Positions 37,086-48,838 of a stretch of DNA of 64,000 nt are shown here, piece after piece (within the stretch, counting starts at the first letter, position 1; each line of letters opens with the position of its first letter). The position numbers and the translations under genes are program-made. The notes beneath the pieces were generated by a model that searched no databases, was not told the DNA's origin, and saw nothing but the letters and a program-made list of their open reading frames with translations. The stretch comes from Chiloscyllium plagiosum (Eukaryota), in the NCBI RefSeq assembly GCF_004010195.1, contig NC_057720.1:9071646-9135645 (forward strand). Direction: 5' to 3'.

Positions 37086-38149
37086 TCACATCACCCATTA
37101 ACCTTCTACATTCCAATGAATATAAGCCTAGTTTATTTAATATTTGAAAAGTTTTATCCTGGATACTGTCGACAACTCTTCAGCGAAGGTGTGTCTTGGG
37201 AAATGTTAAGCCTACTTGATAAGGAAGACAGGACTTAATGTCTGAGTTGGAAGACAGGAGTTCTCCCTCCCACTTTGCAGGCTCAAAGGAAGGTTCCTTT
37301 TCACTCGTGATTAAAAACATGCACACAATTCAGTTCTTAAGCTCTGCTAGTTTCTCCCTACACCCCTCCACCTTGCTACTTTGCTGTCCTACTTTTGGAA
37401 GCTCCTTCAAAATAGAAGTCTTTGACAAAGACATTTGAGTTAATATCCCCTTACAGTGCTCCCATGTGGCACTTGGGGTTATTTTATTATGCAGAAATGT
37501 GCTGCATAAGTATAATTTGTTGTCGAATTAATTTGCAACTCCCTAGTCCCCGTTCAGTGGGGCTTCCTTTGCAATTGCCATTGGTTACACGTTATCATTT
37601 TCAACATGAGCACAAAAGAATAAATAAGTCTCTGCCATCAACAGCAAGATTAGTCAAGGTGTTTCATTTTAAAAACAAGTTGTCAAACCAGCTGAGAAAT
37701 CTCAGTGGTTGTAGGAATGGACTTTCAGTGTGGGTGTCAGATATTTTTCATGTTTTGCTGCCATAATTAACACAGTGTTAATTACAATGTGCTTTAGGAC
37801 AGTATTTGACAAGAATCTGGAGCAGTGCAGGTTTTTATCCAATGGATATGGGCGACTGACTAGGTTAGCATTTACTGCCCATTTCTAATTGTCCAGAGAA
37901 CAGTAGGAGTCAACCACATTACTGTGGGGCTGGAGTCACATGTAGGTCCAGACCAGACAGCTTTCCATCGCTCAAGGACATTAGTGAACCAGATGGGTTT
38001 TTACATCCAAAGGCATCATGGTAATATCATTAGACTAGTCATCCTGAGCCCAAGGCCAATGTTCTGGGGTATGCGTTTGAATCCCCCCGTGGCAAAACTT
38101 GTATTCAGTGACATTTTTGAATTGGAAAGAAAGCTAGCCGAATGGTGAC

Positions 38150-38352
38150 TTAAATAATTCCTCCAAGTCACCCTTTATTTACATGACATTGACCCAGCTA
38201 ACACAGAGGCAGCTCTCAGAGTGAACAGAATCTCTGACATACCTGTTTATATCTGTTAGCTAGAGCTCCCTGATTGGACCAGGTTAACAGCCCCAACCAG
38301 GGAACCCATATTCTCTGAGATCGACCTGGCTGACCTCATGCCAATCACTACA
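38150..38352 (-). mobile_element. LTR family B inside a family B SINE
   Basis: caagtcaccctttatttaca...ccaatcactaca. Confidence 0.65.
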
Positions 38353-38964
38353 ATGAGCATGTTGATTGTTATAAAAACCCATTCTGGTTCACTAGTGCCC
38401 TTCAGGGAAGAAATTCTGCTATCTCTACCTGATCTGGCCTTCATGTGACTTTCGATTCACAACAATGTGGTTGACTCTTAACTGCCCTGTGAAATGGGGG
38501 ATGGGCAATAAATACTGGCCTAGCCCGCAACACTAGCATCCTGTTAATGAGTTACAAAAACCTTCAGACTTAATTTTCATTGGATTCAAACCCAGGATTA
38601 CACGCTGATTGGCAGCGTGTAATGACACTGATTAAACAAAGTACTGAGCTGGACTCTACTGAGCCCTCCAAAGAAATTCTGCAGCTGTCTAAAATGAAGC
38701 TTCTCAATGGACACTTTTCACCCTTGGAAGGAGCTTTCATTTTCCCCCTGCTTTCTTATAATGACTGATATCTTACATCAGTAGCACCTGACACAGTAGA
38801 GGATAGTAATGGGTAGAGCAGAGCATCTAGACTGAACATTGGGAGGTGCAGAGTGGTTCAAGTGATAGGACTGGAGATGGTAATTGGGAACTTTGGATGC
38901 AATGCTCTGATGACCACTGGCCTTACTCTTGTTTTGCTGCTGGAAGTTCAGGCTCAAACATAAA

Positions 38965-40712
38965 TGATTTGGAAGTGAAGGTAGGTGACCTGATTAGTAA
39001 ATTTGGAGGATTGTGAGGAGGATTGCCAGAGGATACAGCAGTATATAAATAGGCTGGATATGTAGGTGGAGAAATGGCAGATGGAATTTTAATCCGGGTA
39101 AATGTGAGGTGATGCATTTTGGAAAGTCTCATGCAGGAAGGAAGCATACAGAACCCCTAGAAGAATTAACATCCAGAGGGATCTGGGCATACAGGCCCAC
39201 AGCTTCCTGAAAGTAGCAACACAGGTGGATAAAGCCTGTGATATGCTTTCGTTCATGAGTCAGGGTGTAGCGTAGAAAAAATCGGCAAGTCATGTTGTAC
39301 AGAAGTTTATTTCGGCCACGTTTGGAATATTTTGTGTACAGTTCTGTTCTCCATGCTGCCAAAAGGGTGTGGAGGCTTTTGAGAAGTTACAGAGAGGACT
39401 TACCAGGAAGTTGGCTGGTGTAGAGGGTATTAGATATAAAGGAGATTGGAAAGAAACATGGTTTGTTTTCACCTAAACATCAAAGGCTGAAGGTGACCTG
39501 ATAGAAGTTTACAAAATTATGACAGGCATGGACAGAATGGGTAGTTGGAGTAATTTTCCCAGCGTAGAAATGTCAATTACTCAGGGACATAGATTTAAGG
39601 TAAAAGGGGGAAGTTTAAAGGAGATGTGAGAGGCAAGTTTTTTTTACACAGAGGGTGGTAAGTGCCTGGAATGTACTGCCAGAGGAGGTGGTGGAGGCAG
39701 GTACTATAATAATGTTTAAGATGCTTCTTGACAGTGCGACAATGCTGCCCCTTGATTTTTTCCAAGCAGGATGGTGAAGGCAGAGGTGTCTGGAAATGGC
39801 TATTTTTTATAATGGCGGGGTGTGGCTAGTTCTCTCAGTTCAGTTTTTTAAAAATTTGTTTTAGATTTAGCAGGGCAGTCAGACAATGCTAGGAGCAGAG
39901 AAGCTGTTTCTGTGAAAAGAGCTTCCGTGCTTCAACCGATGTTTTTTGCCTGACTCTTCTCTCTCCACAATCCCTCCACAATCTCTCCTGCCTGTAACCA
40001 CCTGAGTTTGAATTTACCATTTGCCAATGGGTGTGTTTTTTGGGAGGTTGCAAGGATTGGATCAGCTCCTCCATTAAGATGAGATTTCGAGTCAGTTGGG
40101 TTTCCAAACGGCAGGTCAGGCAGCATCCAAGGAGCAGAAAAATCAATGTTTCGGGCAAAAGCCCTTCATCAGAAATGAAGGCAGGGCTTTTGCCCAAAAT
40201 GTCGATTTTCAAGCTCCTCGGATACTGCCTGACCTGATTTGCTTTTCCAGCACCACTCTAATCTAGACTCTGATTTCCAGCAACTGCAGTCCTTTTACCT
40301 GGGTTTCCAAATAGTTAAGTTATTCTAAATTCTGTTTTTTTTTCAATGGTAGTGTGTAAATAAATTCTGTCTTGCTTAAAGCTGAGTGATTCGACCAGCT
40401 GAATCACTCCTGGGATATTCACTTCACATCTGCCTTTCAAATAAGCAAAAGTTAGGTCTGGGTGACCTTAAGGTGTTTTGAGGGAGTCTGGCCTGGTCCA
40501 TAACAGTTGTTATCCAGTGTGTTGAGCTGACACTATGGTTGGATCAACCTCCAACAACGCAGGCAACCTCTGACACCACAGATGTATCACCATCATCATG
40601 TCCACAGACAGGTAATGAATAGAGGGGATAAGGTCCACATAGAGGCAAAAGTCTTTTAGTTTATAAAGGGACCAAGGTTCAGGCTTGGTGGGCCAAAGGT
40701 TCTTTGTTTCTT
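38965..40712 (+). mobile_element. CR1 LINE 3' fragment interrupted at 39735-40606
   Basis: WQMEFN...KCEVMHFG through to the 3' UTR; gacag is repeated at 39730-39734 and 40607-40611. Confidence 0.82.
39735..40505 (+). mobile_element. Solo LTR family A with a nested Penelope palindrome (40109-40299)
   Basis: TG...CA ends; nested TSD tgggtttccaaa at 40097-40108 and 40300-40311. Confidence 0.72.
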
Positions 40713-42610
40713 GTTCATATCACAAAAGGGGTTGACATTGCACGGGCAGCAGGCCGAGAGAAACTGTCCTGAGGTCAAGAGTGGTGGCAGATGGACAAAA
40801 TAGACTATGATGCTGTGACAATACTGTGGCATTTTGTCTGAGTTTTATTTTGTGAGGAAAGGTTGATACAGAGGTATTGTGTGGTCTGCTCAAAGCCAGC
40901 TTGTGAGGCCTTGGGCGGCTTCTTAAAGGTGGAACAACTGAAGCAACCAGAACGCTGTGAAGGCTGAATCACTGATTATATTCAAGGAGCAGATAGGAAC
41001 ATGTTCAGATGTAAAAAGCATCAAGAGGCATGGGGAGAAAATGGGGGTGGGATGTGGTATGACGTTGAGGTAGAATTTCAGCCTTTGAAGGGATGAATGG
41101 CCTACTCCCATTCCTAGTCATTTTCTATGGAGTTTTCTGTCCGCCTACCAATGGCTGTGGGATAGCAATGCCCAAAAGCAATGCCCATGGACAGCTAGGG
41201 AGGCCCATGGTGGGAACAATGAGGTTGGGCTAGAGGCAGTTGGTCATGGGAAACCTCCAAGTCTGTGCCACTTTTCCAAACCCCTGTCAGCCAGGGAGGG
41301 ACAAGAGTGCTGAGGAACAACAGGTAGTAGCCTGTACGAACAGGAGGAGAAGGTGCTGTGAAAGATGTCCAGGGCTAGCCAGCACTCTCAATCAGATTTG
41401 GTCATTAATCAGTTCAAATATTTTTTCAACGAGTGCTGCCAAGAAAGCAGACGCAATTAATCCTCCTGGATCATGTTCAATGTTTTTTCTACTGAGCAAG
41501 TAACTCCCTTTATCGAAGTACAGCTACAGCTGTTTTATGTTGGAGTCAACTGTCAAGGTTTATTCTCAGAAGATGATTAGGAGCCCAATTGTATCCCCCT
41601 CTCCATAGAGAGTGTGTGGCAACTAATTCTAAAGCAGTTTGACACCCAATGTCTTCTCATGCATCAATATGCTAATCGCTCTGTTATCCTGTAATAAATT
41701 TTTATCTATTCATATATTTGAGTTCTGTAATCAGTCATTCATCTCCCATAATGTGGATTTATCTCCCAATTATTTCTGACTGAGGTAAATTGATTGAAGT
41801 AACTTTGGCAGCAATGAGCTCATCAGTTGTTATCCAGTGCTGTTGAGCACACACTACTTGTTGGATTTACCTCCAAAAACGCAGGCAACCTTTAACACCA
41901 CAGACGTACCACCATCTTCATGTCTACACTGAGTAGTACTCTTTTTAATTCACTCACAGGGTGGGGATGTTGATAGCTGACCAAGTATTTAATGTCCACC
42001 CCTACTTGCCCTTTGAGAAGGTGGTGGTGAGCTGCCTTCTTGAACTGCTGCAGTCCATGCACTGTAGACTGACCCACAATGCCCTTGGGAAGGGAACTCA
42101 GGAATTTCCATTGAAGGAACGGCAAGTTATTTCCAAGACAGGATGAAGTTTGTGTCATAAAAGGAGCAGTTAAGAACTCTGGTTCTTTACTCGAGGAGTT
42201 TAGAAGGATTGAGGGAGTCTGACTGAAAGTTGGAGATAATGAGAGACGTGGATAGAGTGGATGTGGAGAAGATGTTTCCACTAGTAGGAAAAACTAGGAT
42301 CTCAGGGCTCGGCCTCAGAGTGAAAGGCTGACTCTTTTGAACTGAGATGAGACTGAATTCCTTCAGCCAGAGGGTGGGGAGTCTGTGGAACCACCAAAGG
42401 CTATGGACAACAAGTCATTGAGTTTCTTTAAGACAGAGATGGATAGGTAGATTCTCGATTAGTAAGGGATCTAGGGTTACAGGGAGAAGTTAGGAGAATA
42501 AGGTTGAAAAAAAATCAGCCATGATCAAATGGTGGAGCAAACCCATTGGCTGAATAGTCGAAAGGTGTAGCACTGGGAAAGCACAGTGGCGGCGGGCGGT
42601 CAGTTACGGT

Positions 42611-42924
42611 GGGCAGCACGGTGGCACAGTGGTTAGCACTGCTGCCTCACAGCGCCAGAGACCCGGGTTCAATTCCCGCCTCAGGCGGCTGACTGTGTGG
42701 AGTTTGCACATTCTCCCCGTGTCTGCGTGGGTTTCCTCCGGGTGCTCCGGTTTCCTCCCACAGTCCAAAGATGTGCGGGTCAGGTGAATTGGCCATGCTA
42801 AATTGCCCATAGTGTTAGGTAAGGGGTAACTGTAGGAGTGTGGGTGGGTTGCGCTTCGGCGGGTCGGTGTGGACTTGTTGGGCCGAAGGGCCTGTTTCTA
42901 CACTGTAATGTAATCTAATCTAAT
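42611..42924 (+). mobile_element. HE1 V-SINE, young full-length copy
   Basis: Intact A and B boxes, CpG-rich, (taatc)n tail, cacag TSD at 42582-42586 and 42925-42929. Confidence 0.95.
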
Positions 42925-43582
42925 CACAGCAGTTCAGACAACATGTAAGGGGCAGGAGAGTCGACGTTCGGGCACAAGCCCTTCATCAAGAATGTCACAC
43001 TTTTCGACTTTGACTCTTCAGCATCTGCAGTGCTCACTTTCTCTTCATGATTGGCTGAATGGCCTATTTCTGTTCCTACATCTTATGATTTTATGGTGAG
43101 TGGCTTGGAGAGGCATTTACTGATGGTGGTAATCCCCTGTATCTGCTACCCTTGTATTTCGAGATAGGAATGTTCACTGGTTTAAGGATCTTTGGTGAGA
43201 ACATTAATGAGAATTGAGGAGACTATTATATATTCAGGGACATCACTGACAAGACTGACTATATCCTTATCTTGTTCTATCATTTACTGTTTTTGTGCTG
43301 AGTCAGCATCATCCTTATTTCCTTGGAATTGTAGAAGCCTAAGGAAGAGAAGAAAGTAATAAGTTCCATCATACTTAGGTTGGCTTTTGAGTAAATAAAA
43401 CAACCATGCATCCTCTCACCCTCTTTTTGTTACAAGTTAATCAGACTCAAGAACCTGTCAACTCCTTGTGAAAAACACTCATGATCTCAGCTTCCTAACT
43501 TTTCAGGTAGATTACTCGAGATCCAATAACATAAAAATCATCATTGTGCACAGCCACCGGACTTGACTGCTATGAATTTGTG

Positions 43583-44047
43583 GAGTCATAGAGTCATAGA
43601 GATGTACAGCATGGAAACAGACCCTTCGGTCCAACCCGTCCATGCCGACCAGATATCCCAACCCAATCTAGTCCCACCTGCCAGCACCCGGCCCATATCC
43701 CTCCAAACCCTTCCTATTCATATACCCATCCAAATGCCTCTTAAATAGTGCAATTGTACCAGCCTCCACTATTTCCTCTGGGAGCTCATTCCATACCCGT
43801 ACTAGCCTCTGTGTGAAAAAGTTGCCTCTTAGGTCTCTTTTATATCTTTCCCCTCTCACACTAAACCTATGCCCTCTAGTTTTGGACTCCCCGACCCCAG
43901 GGAGTCTATTTATGCCTATCCATGCCCCTCATAATTTTGTGAACCTCTATAAGGTCACCCTTCAGCCTCCGATGCTCCAGGGAAAACAGCCCCAGCCTGT
44001 TCAGCCTCTCCCTGTAGCTCAAATCCTCTAACCCTGGCAACATCCTT
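43583..44047 (-). mobile_element. HER1/CR1 3' fragment
   Basis: RGERYKRDLRGNFFTQRLVRVWNELPEE. Confidence 0.92.
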
Positions 44048-44273
44048 TGTAAATTTACTGTTTTTGTTTAGTTTTGATTTCAGTTTCCAAATTTTAAAAC
44101 AATGAATAGCACAGCTTCCTTTTAAATGAAATCAATTTCTTGCACAACTGTTGTGGAAAGTTACTATGGAAAAACATGATACAGCTTTTAGATAAAATAC
44201 AGATACAAAGATTAAAAGTAGATATGGGCGAAAGATACTCTTGAAGTTGAAAATCAGATCAATCCATTAATAT

Positions 44274-44487
44274 TACAGTAATAAAATAGAAATCACTGGA
44301 AAAAGTTCAGCAGGTCTGGCAGCATCTGTAGAGAGAAATCAGAGTTAATGTTTCTGGTCTAGTGACCCTTCCTCAGAGTTCTGATCAGCTCTGACTTCAC
44401 TTCATAGATGCTGCCAGACCTGCTGAGCTTTTCTAGTGATTTCTATTTGTGTTTCTGATTTACAGCATTTGCAGTTCTTTCAGTTTT
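44274..44487. mobile_element. Penelope-derived palindrome, second family
   Basis: TSD cattaatat at 44265-44273 and 44488-44496; long inverted arms. Confidence 0.78.
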
Positions 44488-44895
44488 CATTAATATCGTT
44501 TCAAAATTTCACATCTCAAAACGCAGGAGAAGAAGACTTAATGTCGAAATTCAGTAGTTGCAATGGCTTCTGAAATTGAGTAGTGGGAGAGTTTCCCAAG
44601 TAGAATCAGTAGTTAGAGCAAATTCTGAGAAAGAGAGACAAAGAGAGAGAGAGAGGTTCCTTGTCCCTCATTAGTTCTGCATTTATTACACTTTCAGTTT
44701 GCCTGGGTCCTTACAGCAGAATTATGGTTGAGTTCTGAAACAAGCATTTCTCTTAAGACCATAAGACAGGAGAAGAAGTAGGCCACTCAGCCCATCAGAT
44801 CTCCCTAGCCGTAGAATGAAATCAAGGCTACTCTGATAATCCTCAACTCCATTTTCCTGCCTTTTCCCCATAACCCATGATTTCCTTGCTGATTA

Positions 44896-46629
44896 GACCA
44901 TAAGACCATAAGACCAAAAGACATAGGAGTGGAAGTAAGGCCATTCGGCCCATCGAGTCCACTCCGCCATTTAATCATGGCTGATGGGCATTTCAACTCC
45001 ACTTACCAGCATTCTCCCCGTAGCCCTTAATTCCTTGTGACATCAAGAATTTATCAATCTCGGCCTTGAAGCCATTTAGCGTCCCAGCCTCCATTGCACG
45101 GGTGGCACGGTGGCACAGTGGTTAGCACTGCTGCCTCACAGCGCCAGAGACCCGGGTTCAGTTCCCACCTCAGGCGACTCTGTGTGGAGTTTGCACGTTC
45201 TCCCCGTGTCTGCGTGGGTTTCCTCCAGGTGCTCCGGTTTCCTCCCACAGTCCAAAAATGTGCAGGTCAGGTGAATTGGCCATGCTAAATTGCCCGTAGT
45301 GTTAGGTAAGGGGCAAGTGTATGGGTGGGTTGCGCTTCGGCGGGTCGGTGTGGACTTGTTGGGCCGAAGGGCCTGTTTCCACACTGTAAAGTAATCTAAT
45401 CTTGCACTCCATGGCAATGAATTCCACAGGCCCACCACTCTCTGGCTGAAGAAATGTCTCCACATTTCTGTTCTGAATTTACCCCCTCCAATTCTAAGGC
45501 TGTGCCCACGAGTCCTAGTCTCCTCGCCTAACGGAAACAATTTCTTAGCGTCTCCCCTTTCCAAGCCATGTATTATCTTGGAAGTTTCTATTAGATCTCC
45601 CCTTAACCTTCTAAACTCAAATGAATACAATCCCAGGATCCTCAGCTGTTCCTCGTATGTTAGACCTGCCATTCCAGGGATCATCCGTGTGAATCTCTGC
45701 TGGACACGCTCCAGTGCCAGTATGTCCCTCCTGAGGTGTGGGGACCAAAACTGGACACAGTAATCCAAATGGGGCCTAACCAGAGCTTTATAAAGGCTCA
45801 ATAGCACATCGCTGCTTTTATATTCCAGCCCTCTTGAGATAATTGACAACATTGCATTCGCTTTCGTAATTACGGATTCAACCTGCATGTTTACCTTCAG
45901 AGAATCCTCAACAAGCACTCCCAGATCCCTTTGTACTTTGGCTTTCTGAATTTTCTCATCATTTAGAAAGTAGTCCATGCTTGTATTCTTTTTTCCAAAG
46001 TGCAAGACCTCACATTTGTTCATGTTGAATTTCATCAGCCATTGCCTGGACCACTGTCCCAAACTGTCTAGATCCTTCTGCAGCCTCACCACTTCCTCAG
46101 TACTACCTGCCTGTCCACCTAACTTTGTATCATCCGCAAACTTCGCTAGAATGTCCCCAGTCCCTTCATCCAGATCATTAATATATAACGTGAACAGCTG
46201 TGGCCCCAACACTGAACCCTGTGGGATACTGCTTATCACTGGCTGCCATTACGAAAAAGAACTTTTTATCCCAACTCTCTGCCTTCTGTCAGAGAGCCAA
46301 TCCTCAATCCATGCCAGTAGCTCACCTCGAACACCATGGGCCCTCACCTTACTCAGCAGCATCTTGTGTGGCACCTTATCAAAGGCCTTTTGGAAGTCGA
46401 GATAGACCACATCCACTGGGTTTCCCTGGTCTAACCCACTTGTTACCTCTTCAAAGAATTCTAACAAGTTTGTAAGGCATGACCTCCCCTTACTAAATCC
46501 ATGTTGACTTGTTCTAATCCGACCCTGCTCTTCCAAGAATTTAGAAACCTCATCCTTAATGATGGATTCTAGAATTTTACCAACAAACGAGGTTAGGCTA
46601 ATTGGCCTATAATTTTCCATCTTTTGTCT
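44896..46629 (-). mobile_element. Young CR1 LINE, 5'-truncated, with most of the RT domain
   Basis: NYRPISLTS, DFQKAFDKVPH, PQGSVLGP and FADD lie in one frame with a single stop at 46249-46251; (taagacca)n tail; TSD tgatta. Confidence 0.96.
45100..45401 (+). mobile_element. HE1 V-SINE inserted in the young CR1
   Basis: TSD ttgcac at 45094-45099 and 45402-45407. Confidence 0.95.
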
Positions 46630-46679
46630 TGATTAAAAATGTATCTCTCTCAGCCTTGAACATACTTAGCCTCACAGTT

Positions 46680-46820
46680 CTGGATATAGGTTTGCTCACT
46701 GGAAAGTGGATCATGTATTTTTGTGGATAGTTGATATTCATGTATCTTGGTGGCTAGTTTTTTTGGAAACGAACCTTCCAGCTCAGCGAGCAAACCTGAG
46801 CTGCAAATCTTCTCAGAACT
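46680..46820. mobile_element. Internally deleted Poseidon-type Penelope remnant
   Basis: Same termini as 19302-20150; antisense KLATKIHEYQLSTK; ttagcc(t/a)cacagt on both flanks. Confidence 0.72.
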
Positions 46821-47029
46821 CATTAGCCACACAGTGCTTTGGAGTAATAGTTCCATTGATTCACTAACCTTTGAAAGAATGAAATCCTCCCTCATCTCTG
46901 ACATGCACAAGTATTCCATTATTCTGAGGCAGTTCCCTCTGGTCCCAGATCTTCCCATAAGAGGAAACAATCTTTTTGCATCTACTCTGTCAACTTCCCT
47001 AAGAATCTTCATACCCCAAGAAACCTTTG

Positions 47030-47170
47030 AAGGGTTCTGAAGAAGGGTCACTGGACCTGAAACATTAAATCTGAATTCTCTCCACAGATGCTGCCAGACC
47101 TGTTGAGATTTTCCAGTAATTTCTGTTTTTTGTTTCAGATTTCCAGCATCCGCAATTCTTTTGTTCTTTT
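47030..47170 (+). mobile_element. Penelope terminus with hammerhead motif
   Basis: gtt-ctgaaga-agggtcactggacct-gaaac-atta. Confidence 0.7.
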
Positions 47171-47274
47171 TTTCCTGTGAATCTTGTTTGTTGCAATCTC
47201 ATTCTCTCTAAGCTCGGATGAGTACGGGTCAAACCTACTCAACCTCTCCTCGTAAGGCAGTCCCTCCATACACA

Positions 47275-48242
47275 GAGTCATTGTAATAGATGTACAATGT
47301 GGAAACAGACCTGTGGTTCAACTTGTCCATGCTGACCAGATATCCTAAATAAATCTAGTGCCATTTACCAGCATTTGGCCCATATCCCTCTAAACCCTTT
47401 CTATTCATATTCCAATCTAGATGCCTTTTAAATGCTGTCATTGTACCAGTCTTCACCACATCCTCTGGCAGCTCATTCCATACACACACCACCCTCTGTA
47501 TAAAAACGTTACCCCTTAGGTCCCTTTTATTTCTTTCCCTTCTCACCTTAAACCTTTAGTTTTGGACACCCCTACCTTGGGAAAAAAAGACTTTGGCTAC
47601 TTACCCTATCCATGCTCCTCATGATCTTAAAAACCTCTGTAAGGTCACCCCTCAGCCTCCAACATTTCAGGGAAAATAGCCTCAGCCTATTCATACTCCC
47701 CTTATTGATCAAACCCTCCAACCCTGGCAATATGCTAATAATTTTTTTCTAAACCCTTTCAAGTTGAACAATATCTTTCCTATAGCAAAGAGACCAGAAC
47801 TGAATGCAATATTCCAAAAGTGGCTAAACCAATATTCTTACAGCCACAACGTGACATCCCACCTCCTTTACTCAGTGCACTGACCAATAAAGACACAGAC
47901 ATTATAATCATAGAGTCATAGAGATGTACAGCATGGAAACAGACCCTTCGGTCCAACCCGTCCATGCCGAACAGATATCCCAACCAAATCTAGTCCCACC
48001 TGCCAGCTCCCGGCCCATATTCCTCCAAACCCTTCCTATTCATATACCCATCCAAATGCCTCTTAAATGTTGCAATTGTACCAACCTCCACCACTTCCTC
48101 TGGCAGCTCATTCCATACACGTACCACCCTCTGCGTGAAACAGTTGCCCCTTAGGTCTATTTTATATCTTTCCCCTCTCACCCTAATTCTATGTCCTCTA
48201 GTTCTGGACTCCCCCACCCCAGTGAAAAGACTTTGCCTATCC
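47275..48242 (-). mobile_element. Two tandem HER1/CR1 3' fragments (47275-47895 and 47908-48242)
   Basis: Each has an antisense WNELPE ORF end and a gagtcat tail. Confidence 0.9.
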
Positions 48243-48838
48243 AGTGTACGTGCTCTTAGTTTCTCCCCAGTCCATCATTAGCCAATCCTCTCGTTAACTG
48301 CTCTTGTTCTGACTGGATGCTGTCCCAAAGTTGTGGATCTACAGTAAAAATGGAAATTGTTGGAAAAACTCGGCAGGTCTGGCAGCATCTATTTGGAGAA
48401 AGCAAAGTTAATATGGCCTGTCCAGTGATCCTTCTTCAGAATCCAATTAAATTCCCATCAATTGTTGTCAAACTGCATTTCGTTCACTGCCGCAGTTTAG
48501 GGAAGGGAATGCGCTAACTTACCTAGTCTACATGTGATAGCAATGTCAAGATTAGAGTGGTGCTGGAAAAGCACAGCAGGTCAGGCAGCATCCGAGGAGC
48601 AGAAAAATTGACATTTTTGGAAAAAGGTGGGGTAAAGTGGGGGTGGGGAAATGAGGAATCTGGTGAAGTTCACATTGATGCCCTGAGGTTGAAGTGCTCC
48701 CAGCACAGTGAACACCTCATCTTCTGCCTTGGAATATTCTTCATTTCCCCTTCCCCCATCTTACCTCAGTTCCAACCTGCCAGTTTTGCACCATCATCAT
48801 GACCTGTCCTACCGGCCAATCTTCCTTCCCACCTATAC

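Noticed and set aside
42611..42685. tRNA genes
   Set aside because: The A and B boxes are SINE heads that continue into the V-domain.
45136..46239. 367-aa ORF as a host or novel fusion gene
   Set aside because: It is truncated CR1 RT reading into an antisense HE1 SINE.
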